Of a stretch of DNA of 64,000 bases, positions 53,374 through 64,000 are shown piece after piece (position 1 is the first letter of the stretch; every line of letters begins with the position of its first letter). Source of the DNA: Escherichia coli (GTDB taxonomy: Bacteria; Pseudomonadota; Gammaproteobacteria; Enterobacterales; Enterobacteriaceae); the NCBI RefSeq assembly GCF_013122565.1, contig NZ_CP053258.1; one strand, given 5' to 3'. Position numbers and translations under genes: made by a program. The notes below the pieces were generated by a model. It saw nothing but the letters and a program-made list of their open reading frames with translations. It made no database searches and was not told the DNA's origin.

Positions 53374-53765
53374 TGAGAGCCTTATTAGCAATATTATTGT
53401 TTCCGCTGCTAGTGCAAGCCGCCGGGGAGGGGATGTGGCAGGCAAGTAGTGTCGGAATTACGCTAAATCATCGCGGTGAGTCGATGTCGTCAGCGCCTCT
53501 TTCTACTCGACAACCTGCTTCAGGATTGATGACGCTGGTGGCGTGGCGTTATCAGCTTATCGGCCCGACACCTGCAGGACTGCGGGTTCGCTTGTGTTCG
53601 CAATCTCGTTGTGTCGAATTAGAGGGGCAGAGCGGAACCACCGTGGCCTTTTCCGGTATAGCGGCAGCAGAACCGTTGCGCTTTATCTGGGAAGTGCCTG
53701 GCGGTGGGCGGTTAATTCCACCACTAAAGGTACAACGGAATGAAGTGATTGTGAATTATCGCTGA
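53373..53765 (+). CDS. flhE: Flagellar protein FlhE
   Basis: ORF 53373..53765, 130 aa, signal peptide MRALLAILLFPLLVQAAGEG...; last gene of flhBAE. Confidence 0.9.
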   Translation: MRALLAILLFPLLVQAAGEGMWQASSVGITLNHRGESMSSAPLSTRQPASGLMTLVAWRYQLIGPTPAGLRVRLCSQSRCVELEGQSGTTVAFSGIAAAEPLRFIWEVPGGGRLIPPLKVQRNEVIVNYR

Positions 53766-53886
53766 AGGACAAATAAAAATTACGCGCTCGCGAGCATGTT
53801 TAATAACTCAGCGAAAAAGACTCGATGTTTTGTTGCAATTATTTATCAGGAATAGCTTGCAACAAAACATGCCAAAAAGATGTGAA

Positions 53887-54375
53887 TTATCCTCTTGTTA
53901 AAGGGCTTGGATAAAAATCTTCAGAGTTACGGTATAGCTGCAACTGGCGAGTTCGCGTATTGGTCTGTATGATCATACATGATAGCCATTCTGATTCAGA
54001 ATAAGGGTCACTTAAATCCTGAACATCCTCATTTGAAAGGATTAATTCACATTCTTTGTCCCTAAAATCCAGCCAGGCTCGCTGTGATTTTTTAAGCAAG
54101 TTAAGTTGTTCAGTATCAGGTTTTTTTGCACCTGTGCGTGGCACTTGTTCTATATAACGATAAGCTTCACCATAAGCTTTATTTAATTGCGCATCGACGA
54201 GATTGTATTCTTGTCGCAGACATGATTTGATCACGTTAATGTCAGTATCATCATCTGAATTTTTTTGCCAACAATCTTTGATGGCTGAAATGTCATGATC
54301 ATTTACTATAACCGTATCTTCTGCGTAAGCCTGGCAAGAGATAATGCCTAATGTTAATACAAGAAATTTAAACAC
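53887..54375 (-). CDS. yecT: YecT (DUF1311, LprI-like lysozyme-inhibitor fold, secreted)
   Basis: ORF 53887..54375, 162 aa, MFKFLVLTLGIISCQAYAEDT...; K-12 positional equivalent between flhE and argS. Confidence 0.82.
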   Translation of the reverse strand: MFKFLVLTLGIISCQAYAEDTVIVNDHDISAIKDCWQKNSDDDTDINVIKSCLRQEYNLVDAQLNKAYGEAYRYIEQVPRTGAKKPDTEQLNLLKKSQRAWLDFRDKECELILSNEDVQDLSDPYSESEWLSCMIIQTNTRTRQLQLYRNSEDFYPSPLTRG

Positions 54376-54498
54376 TGCGGTATTCCTTAAATTGAACCGT
54401 TATCGTTTTCCTGGGCCTGGATATTACGCTTCTGGCCTCTTACTCAACAGTGAGAAAACGATGGCATGTCCGTTTTCAGAATACATTTAGATGGCAAT

Positions 54499-54530
54499 AA
54501 AAAAGCCTGATCGGCTAACCCTGATCAGGC
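54499..54530 (-). terminator. Rho-independent terminator of argS
   Basis: On the minus strand: hairpin gcctgatcagggttagccgatcaggc followed by tttttt; sits 22 nt downstream of the argS stop. Confidence 0.65.
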
Positions 54531-54551
54531 TTCACTCTCACGAAAAATCGA

Positions 54552-56285
54552 TTACATACGCTCTACAGTCTCAATACCCAGCGTATCCAGACCCAGCTTC
54601 AGCGTCTTCGCTGTCAGTTGTGCCAGTTTCAGACGGCTGTTACGCACTTCTTCGTTTTCTGCGCTGAGGATCGGGCAGTGCTCGTAGAAGCCAGAGAACA
54701 GACCGGCCAGATCGTACAGGTAAGCACACATTACATGCGGCGTGCCTTCACGGGCAACCACGGTGAGGGTTTCTTCAAACTGCAGCAGGCGAGCTGCCAG
54801 TTGCGCTTCACGATCTTCACGGATGATAACCGGAGCTGCAGCCAGTTGCTCTTCGTCAATTTCTGCTTTACGGAACACGGACAATACACGCGTGTATGCA
54901 TACTGCATGTATGGCGCGGTATTACCCTCAAACGCCAGCATGTTGTCCCAGTCGAAGATGTAGTCCGTGGTGCGGTTTTTGGAGAGATCCGCATATTTCA
55001 CCGCACCAATACCAACCGCGTTAGCCAGTTTTTCCAGCTCGTCGGCTGGCATATCCGGGTTCTTTTCTGCCACCAGACGACGTGCACGTTCCAGGGCTTC
55101 ATCCAGCAGGTCTGCCAGTTTCACTGTACCACCCGCGCGGGTTTTGAACGGTTTGCCGTCTTTACCCAGCATCATGCCGAACATGTGGTGTTCCAGCGGT
55201 ACGGATTCCGGTACATAGCCTGCTTTACGGACGATCGCCCATGCCTGCATCAGGTGTTGATGCTGACGGGAGTCGATGTAATACAGCACGCGATCGGCAT
55301 GCAGTGTTTCATAACGATATTTCGCACAGGCGATATCAGTGGTGGTGTAGAGATAGCCGCCATCTTTCTTCTGAATGATCACGCCCATCGGTTCGCCTTC
55401 CTTGTTTTTAAACTCATCAAGGAATACGACGGTCGCCCCTTCGCTTTCTACTGCCAGACCTTTGGCTTTGAGATCCGCCACAATTCCTGGCAGCATTGGG
55501 TTGTAGAGGCTTTCGCCCATCACGTCATCACGGGTCAGCGTCACGTTGAGACGATCGTAAGTGATCTGGTTCTGCGTCATGGTGATGTCGACCAGTTTGC
55601 GCCACATCTCGCGGAAATATTCGTCACCGCTTTGCAGTTTTACCACGTAGTTACGTGCACGCTCGGCAAACTCTTCATCTTCGTCGTAATGCTTTTTCGC
55701 ATCGCGGTAGAAACCTTCAAGGTCAGCCAGCTCCATTTCACCGGCGTTTTCCTGCTGCTGCTTTTCCAGCCATGCAATCAGCATACCGAACTGAGTGCCC
55801 CAGTCGCCGACGTGGTTTGCGCGAATCACTTTGTGACCGAGGAACTCCAGAGTACGCACTGCTGCGTCACCAATAATGGTAGAGCGCAGGTGACCGACGT
55901 GCATCTCTTTCGCCACGTTTGGCGCAGAGTAGTCAACCACAATGGTCTGTTTTTCTGGCGTAGCAACACCGAGACGATCGGACGCCAGCGCCTGCTGAAC
56001 ATGTTCAGCCAGGAATGCCGGATCAAGGAAAATGTTGATAAAGCCTGGACCGGCGATCTCAACTTTGCTGGCGATACCGTTAAGATCCAGATGAGTCAGC
56101 ACCTGCTCTGCTAATTGTCGCGGTGCCATACCCAGTTTTTTAGCAACTGCCATCATGCCGTTAGCCTGATAGTCGCCGAACTGAACTTTTGCTGACTGAC
56201 GAACCTGCGGTTCGCAATCCGCAGGCGCGCCTGCCGCAATCATGGCCTGACGGACTTTTTCTGAGAGAAGAGCCTGAATATTCAC
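54552..56285 (-). CDS. argS: Arginine--tRNA ligase ArgS
   Basis: ORF 54552..56285, 577 aa, [43 protein letters not shown]...; HIGH-type motif HVGH present. Confidence 0.96.
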   Translation of the reverse strand: MNIQALLSEKVRQAMIAAGAPADCEPQVRQSAKVQFGDYQANGMMAVAKKLGMAPRQLAEQVLTHLDLNGIASKVEIAGPGFINIFLDPAFLAEHVQQALASDRLGVATPEKQTIVVDYSAPNVAKEMHVGHLRSTIIGDAAVRTLEFLGHKVIRANHVGDWGTQFGMLIAWLEKQQQENAGEMELADLEGFYRDAKKHYDEDEEFAERARNYVVKLQSGDEYFREMWRKLVDITMTQNQITYDRLNVTLTRDDVMGESLYNPMLPGIVADLKAKGLAVESEGATVVFLDEFKNKEGEPMGVIIQKKDGGYLYTTTDIACAKYRYETLHADRVLYYIDSRQHQHLMQAWAIVRKAGYVPESVPLEHHMFGMMLGKDGKPFKTRAGGTVKLADLLDEALERARRLVAEKNPDMPADELEKLANAVGIGAVKYADLSKNRTTDYIFDWDNMLAFEGNTAPYMQYAYTRVLSVFRKAEIDEEQLAAAPVIIREDREAQLAARLLQFEETLTVVAREGTPHVMCAYLYDLAGLFSGFYEHCPILSAENEEVRNSRLKLAQLTAKTLKLGLDTLGIETVERM

Positions 56286-56500
56286 CGGAATACCTTACAT
56301 TGATGAAGCGAGCAAAAATTGCCCGCACCAGTTAAAGAAATTAGGGCGGGAGTATACTGCAAATGGCTGTTTTCGTCAGCAACGTGCGCGTGGCGTATTG
56401 CCGTTTTCACTATTGCATCAGAAGCGGCGTGAAATCAGCGGTTGGTTGGCACAGGGCAACAGGGTAAATTAACGCTTTTACTGAAAGACGAAGAGTGATT

Positions 56501-57067
56501 ATGGCGAACTGGCAATCTATCGACGAGCTGCAGGATATTGCATCGGATTTACCGCGATTTACCCACGCATTAGATGAACTTTCCCGCCGTCTGGGGTTGA
56601 ATATCACTCCGCTGACTGCCGATCACATTTCTTTGCGTTGCCATCAAAACGCCACTGCTGAACGCTGGCGTCGCGGGTTTGAACAGTGTGGCGAGCTTTT
56701 GTCAGAAAATATGATCAATGGCAGACCGATTTGTCTGTTTAAATTGCATGAACCGGTACAGGTTGCGCACTGGCAGTTTTCTATTGTGGAGCTACCGTGG
56801 CCCGGGGAAAAACGTTACCCACACGAAGGTTGGGAACATATTGAAATCGTTCTGCCGGGTGATCCAGAAACGCTGAATGCCCGTGCGCTGGCATTGCTTT
56901 CTGATGAAGGACTCAGCCTACCGGGGATCTCAGTGAAAACCAGTTCGCCAAAAGGTGAGCATGAGCGATTACCGAATCCGACGCTGGCGGTCACCGATGG
57001 CAAAACAACTATTAAGTTTCATCCGTGGTCCATTGAAGAGATCGTTGCCAGCGAGCAGTCGGCGTAA
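56501..57067 (+). CDS. yecM: YecM (VOC/glyoxalase-fold protein)
   Basis: ORF 56495..57067 (GTG) ; ATG at 56501 gives MANWQSIDELQDIASDLPRF..., 188 aa. Confidence 0.85.
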   Translation: MANWQSIDELQDIASDLPRFTHALDELSRRLGLNITPLTADHISLRCHQNATAERWRRGFEQCGELLSENMINGRPICLFKLHEPVQVAHWQFSIVELPWPGEKRYPHEGWEHIEIVLPGDPETLNARALALLSDEGLSLPGISVKTSSPKGEHERLPNPTLAVTDGKTTIKFHPWSIEEIVASEQSA

Positions 57068-57071
57068 TTAA

Positions 57072-57827
<756 letters not shown>

Positions 57828-57873
57828 TTTTTACCGTTGCATCATGTCGCCCAATATGATGCTTGCTCGTACC

Positions 57874-57907
57874 AGGCCCCTGCAATTTCAACAGGGGCCT
57901 TTTTTTA
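57874..57907 (+). terminator. Rho-independent terminator after cutC
   Basis: Hairpin aggcccctgcaatttcaacaggggcct followed by ttttttt. Confidence 0.72.
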
Positions 57908-58214
57908 TCCCTGAATAGTATAAAAAATGAACGATTACCGCGATCTGTTGAGCGGGTGACAGTGCACATAGCGTTGTGCTAAAAATATTTTATATATTCA
58001 CATTAATTATGTGATTTAAATTGCTAAAACTTACAAATATATATTCTAAATAACAACTGGATTATTCCTTAGCAATTAATGATTACATTGTAATAAATCA
58101 TATTCTTTAGCGATTATTTCAGGCAGTGTTGTGCCGGATTATGCAAGCGGTTAATTCGTTGTATATTTAATTATACAATGATTTCGGTGTTCTGGAATTT
58201 AATTAGAGGAATCT

Positions 58215-59315
58215 ATGCGAGGGAAAAAACGCATTGGGTTATTGTTTTTGCTGATAGCGGTTGTGGTTGGTGGCGGCGGGTTATTGCTGGCGCAAAAAGC
58301 CTTACATAAAACGTCGGATACAGCATTTTGCCTTTCCTGCCACTCGATGAGTAAACCTTTTGAGGAATATCAGGGAACTGTCCACTTTTCGAACCAGAAA
58401 GGGATACGTGCGGAATGTGCCGATTGCCATATTCCAAAGTCAGGGATGGATTATTTATTTGCTAAATTAAAGGCATCTAAAGATATTTATCATGAATTTG
58501 TTAGCGGCAAAATAGACAGTGACGATAAGTTCGAAACTCATCGCCAGGAAATGGCCGAAACAGTATGGAAAGAATTAAAAGCAACTGACTCTGCAACGTG
58601 CCGTAGTTGCCATTCTTTTGATGCCATGGATATTGCCTCGCAAAGTGAATCTGCGCAGAAAATGCATAACAAAGCACAAAAGGGCGGCGAAACCTGTATC
58701 GATTGTCATAAAGGCATTGCCCATTTTCCGCCAGAAATAAAAATGGATGACAACGCGGCGCATGAGCTGGAAAGTCAGGCCGCTACTTCAGTGACTAATG
58801 GCGCACATATTTATCCTTTCAAAACTTCTCGCATAGGCGAGCTGGCTACCGTGAATCCTGGTACCGATCTCACCGTCGTTGATGCCAGTGGCAAACAGCC
58901 GATCGTTCTGTTGCAGGGTTATCAAATGCAGGGCAGTGAAAACACGCTCTACCTGGCGGCAGGTCAACGGCTGGCGCTAGCCACATTAAGTGAAGAAGGT
59001 ATCAAGGCGCTCACGGTAAACGGGGAATGGCAGGCTGACGAATACGGCAATCAATGGCGTCAGGCGTCTTTACAGGGTGCGCTTACCGATCCCGCATTAG
59101 CGGACCGTAAACCGCTATGGCAATACGCTGAAAAACTTGACGATACCTATTGCGCTGGTTGTCATGCCCCTATTGCCGCCGACCATTACACCGTCAATGC
59201 GTGGCCGTCCATTGCCAAAGGAATGGGGGCACGAACCAGCATGAGCGAAAACGAACTGGACATTTTAACGCGGTATTTCCAGTACAACGCCAAAGATATT
59301 ACCGAGAAACAGTGA
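58215..59315 (+). CDS. torY: Pentahaem c-type cytochrome TorY (NapC/NirT family)
   Basis: ORF 58215..59315, 366 aa; N-terminal TM anchor and five CxxCH haem motifs (CLSCH, CADCH, CRSCH, CIDCH, CAGCH). Confidence 0.92.
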   Translation: MRGKKRIGLLFLLIAVVVGGGGLLLAQKALHKTSDTAFCLSCHSMSKPFEEYQGTVHFSNQKGIRAECADCHIPKSGMDYLFAKLKASKDIYHEFVSGKIDSDDKFETHRQEMAETVWKELKATDSATCRSCHSFDAMDIASQSESAQKMHNKAQKGGETCIDCHKGIAHFPPEIKMDDNAAHELESQAATSVTNGAHIYPFKTSRIGELATVNPGTDLTVVDASGKQPIVLLQGYQMQGSENTLYLAAGQRLALATLSEEGIKALTVNGEWQADEYGNQWRQASLQGALTDPALADRKPLWQYAEKLDDTYCAGCHAPIAADHYTVNAWPSIAKGMGARTSMSENELDILTRYFQYNAKDITEKQ

Positions 59316-59339
59316 TCCTCGTTGATCAGGGAGGAAGTT

Positions 59340-61769
59340 ATGACATTAACAAGACGTGAATTTATTAAACACAGCGGTATTGCCGCTGGAGCGCTGGTGG
59401 TGACATCGGCAGCACCGCTACCCGCATGGGCAGAAGAGAAGGGCGGTAAAATCCTCACCGCGGGACGTTGGGGAGCGATGAACGTAGAAGTGAAGGACGG
59501 CAAGATTGTTTCTTCGACAGGCGCGCTGGCGAAAACCATACCGAACTCCTTACAGTCTACGGCGGCGGATCAGGTACACACCACGGCGCGTATTCAGCAT
59601 CCGATGGTGAGAAAAAGCTATCTCGACAATCCACTGCAACCGGCGAAAGGTCGTGGCGAAGATACCTATGTACAGGTGAGCTGGGAACAGGCATTAAAAC
59701 TGATTCATGAGCAACATGAGCGTATTCGTAAAGCTAACGGACCATCGGCCATTTTTGCCGGATCTTACGGCTGGCGCTCTTCTGGCGTGTTGCATAAAGC
59801 GCAAACCTTACTGCAACGTTATATGAACCTGGCGGGCGGTTATTCCGGGCATAGCGGCGATTATTCAACCGGGGCAGCACAGGTGATCATGCCGCATGTG
59901 GTCGGTTCTGTAGAGGTGTATGAACAGCAGACCTCCTGGCCGCTGATTCTGGAAAACAGCCAGGTTGTGGTGCTGTGGGGGATGAACCCGCTGAATACCT
60001 TAAAAATTGCCTGGAGCAGTACCGATGAGCAAGGGCTGGAATACTTCCATCAGCTGAAAAAATCTGGCAAACCAGTGATTGCCATTGATCCTATCCGCTC
60101 CGAAACCATCGAATTCTTTGGCGATAATGCCACCTGGATCGCGCCGAATATGGGCACCGACGTGGCGTTGATGTTAGGGATTGCGCATACCCTGATGACA
60201 CAAGGCAAACACGATAAAGTGTTCCTTGAAAAATACACCACCGGGTATCCGCAGTTTGAAGAGTATCTGACAGGTAAGAGCGATAATACGCCGAAGAGCG
60301 CGGCCTGGGCGGCGGAAATTTCTGGCGTACCGGAAGCGCAGATAGTCAAACTCGCTGAACTGATGGCGGCGAATCGCACAATGCTGATGGCTGGCTGGGG
60401 AATTCAGCGCCAGCAATATGGTGAACAGAAACACTGGATGCTGGTGACGCTGGCGGCGATGTTAGGGCAGATTGGTACACCGGGTGGCGGTTTTGGTTTC
60501 TCTTATCATTACTCCAACGGTGGCAATCCGACGCGTGTTGGCGGCGTGCTGCCGGAAATGTCTGCGGCGATTGCCGGACAGGCCAGCGAGGCCGCTGATG
60601 ATGGCGGAATGACGGCGATTCCTGTTGCCCGTATCGTCGATGCGCTGGAAAATCCTGGTGGCAAATATCAGCATAACGGTAAAGAACAAACGTATCCGAA
60701 TATCAAAATGATCTGGTGGGCGGGTGGCGGTAACTTTACCCATCACCAGGATACTAATCGTCTGATCAAAGCATGGCAGAAACCGGAGATGATCGTCGTT
60801 TCTGAATGCTACTGGACTGCAGCTGCTAAACATGCAGATATCGTATTACCGATCACCACATCGTTTGAGCGCAATGACTTGACGATGACCGGTGATTACA
60901 GCAACCAGCATATTGTGCCGATGAAGCAGGCTGTCGCTCCGCAATTTGAAGCGCGTAACGATTTTGACGTGTTTGCCGATCTTGCGGAATTACTCAAACC
61001 TGGCGGAAAAGAGATCTATACCGAAGGTAAAGATGAAATGGCGTGGCTGAAATTTTTCTATGATGCCGCTCAGAAAGGTGCCCGTGCGCAACGCGTCACT
61101 ATGCCAATGTTTAATGCCTTCTGGCAGCAAAATAAACTGATCGAAATGCGCCGCAGCGAGAAGAACGAACAGTATGTTCGTTATGGTGATTTCCGCGCCG
61201 ATCCGGTGAAAAATGCGCTGGGTACGCCAAGCGGCAAAATTGAGATTTACTCCAAAACGCTGGAAAAATTTGGCTATAAGGATTGCCCGGCACACCCAAC
61301 CTGGCTTGCGCCTGATGAGTGGAAGGGTACCGCCGACGAGAAGCAGTTGCAGCTTCTGACCGCACATCCGGCACACCGTTTACACAGTCAGCTTAACTAT
61401 GCGGAACTGCGTAAAAAATATGCGGTTGCCGATCGTGAACCAATCACTATTCACACCGAAGATGCTGCTCGCTTTGGTATTGCGAATGGCGATCTGGTGC
61501 GTGTCTGGAACAAACGTGGTCAGATCCTGACAGGCGCTGTGGTGACTGACGGGATCAAAAAAGGCGTGGTATGCGTGCATGAAGGTGCATGGCCAGATCT
61601 GGAAAATGGCTTGTGTAAAAACGGCAGTGCGAACGTGTTAACGGCGGATATCCCCAGCTCGCAGCTGGCAAATGCCTGTGCCGGTAACTCTGCGCTGGTG
61701 TATATCGAAAAATATACGGGCAATGCACCGAAGTTAACGGCGTTTGATCAGCCAGCTGTTCAGGCGTAA
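59340..61769 (+). CDS. torZ: Periplasmic molybdoenzyme TMAO/N-oxide/S-oxide reductase TorZ (BisZ)
   Basis: ORF 59322..61769 trimmed to [31 protein letters not shown] at 59340 (twin-arginine signal), 809 aa; strong RBS gggaggaag. Confidence 0.92.
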   Translation: MTLTRREFIKHSGIAAGALVVTSAAPLPAWAEEKGGKILTAGRWGAMNVEVKDGKIVSSTGALAKTIPNSLQSTAADQVHTTARIQHPMVRKSYLDNPLQPAKGRGEDTYVQVSWEQALKLIHEQHERIRKANGPSAIFAGSYGWRSSGVLHKAQTLLQRYMNLAGGYSGHSGDYSTGAAQVIMPHVVGSVEVYEQQTSWPLILENSQVVVLWGMNPLNTLKIAWSSTDEQGLEYFHQLKKSGKPVIAIDPIRSETIEFFGDNATWIAPNMGTDVALMLGIAHTLMTQGKHDKVFLEKYTTGYPQFEEYLTGKSDNTPKSAAWAAEISGVPEAQIVKLAELMAANRTMLMAGWGIQRQQYGEQKHWMLVTLAAMLGQIGTPGGGFGFSYHYSNGGNPTRVGGVLPEMSAAIAGQASEAADDGGMTAIPVARIVDALENPGGKYQHNGKEQTYPNIKMIWWAGGGNFTHHQDTNRLIKAWQKPEMIVVSECYWTAAAKHADIVLPITTSFERNDLTMTGDYSNQHIVPMKQAVAPQFEARNDFDVFADLAELLKPGGKEIYTEGKDEMAWLKFFYDAAQKGARAQRVTMPMFNAFWQQNKLIEMRRSEKNEQYVRYGDFRADPVKNALGTPSGKIEIYSKTLEKFGYKDCPAHPTWLAPDEWKGTADEKQLQLLTAHPAHRLHSQLNYAELRKKYAVADREPITIHTEDAARFGIANGDLVRVWNKRGQILTGAVVTDGIKKGVVCVHEGAWPDLENGLCKNGSANVLTADIPSSQLANACAGNSALVYIEKYTGNAPKLTAFDQPAVQA

Positions 61770-61778
61770 GACGTGAAT

Positions 61779-61798
61779 AGCGCCCGGAAACGGGCGCT
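61779..61798 (+). other. Hairpin immediately after torZ
   Basis: agcgcccg-gaaa-cgggcgct: 8-bp stem with GNRA-like tetraloop, 10 nt after the torZ stop. Confidence 0.4.
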
Positions 61799-61820
61799 GA
61801 GGTTATGCAAACGTAAAGCT

Positions 61821-61919
61821 GCCTGATGCGCTATGCTTATCAGGCCTACATAGTCCCTGCAATATATTGAATTAGCAAGGTTTTGTAGGCCGGATAAGGC
61901 GTTCACGCCGCATCCGGCA
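61821..61919. repeat. BIME: two inverted REP units
   Basis: gcctgatgcgctatgcttatcaggcctaca (61821..61850) and tgtaggccggataaggcgttcacgccgcatccggca (61884..61919); near-identical to the pair downstream of fliC. Confidence 0.8.
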
Positions 61920-61933
61920 GTAATACCAGACCT

Positions 61934-64000
<2,067 letters not shown>

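Noticed and set aside
54618-56114. 498-aa plus-strand ORF inside argS
   Set aside because: Entirely antisense to argS, which matches the known 577-aa ligase; the translation has a low-complexity, unnatural composition and no recognisable domain.

Overview
This window is an Escherichia coli-type chromosomal segment (clearly not K-12), read in reverse orientation relative to the K-12 map. It is almost entirely conserved, syntenic core genome spanning the flagellar/chemotaxis regions. Gene order is: fliI (5' part)-fliH-fliG-fliF / fliE, yedK-yedF-yedE / yedD, amyA, fliT-fliS-fliD / fliC, fliA-fliZ-tcyJ, dcyD-tcyL-tcyN, sdiA, yecF, uvrY-uvrC, pgsA, tRNA Gly-Cys-Leu, yecA, tyrP, yecH, ftnA, yecR, azuC, yecJ, ftnB, araFGH, otsBA, uspC, flhDC-motAB-cheAW, tar-tap-cheRBYZ, [two-gene insertion], flhBAE, yecT, argS, yecM, cutC, torYZ, cmoBA and the 3' part of yecN. 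All flagellar and chemotaxis genes look intact and full length. The standout is a ~2.5 kb AT-rich, two-gene, minus-strand operon (47688..49917) wedged between cheZ and flhB, where I recall K-12 having only a short intergenic region. It encodes a Dgt-family HD-domain dNTP triphosphohydrolase paralogue, overlapping by 32 nt a small Pol-beta-superfamily nucleotidyltransferase. I interpret it as a horizontally acquired candidate anti-phage (dNTP-depletion type) module with an uncharacterised nucleotidyltransferase partner; I cannot verify novelty without database searches. Other non-K-12 features are a 447-aa flagellin with a different central domain, yedK lying within ~390 bp of fliE, and an flhDC regulatory region with no IS element. 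All gene identifications rest on the supplied ORF translations compared with protein sequences as I remember them; no searches were run.
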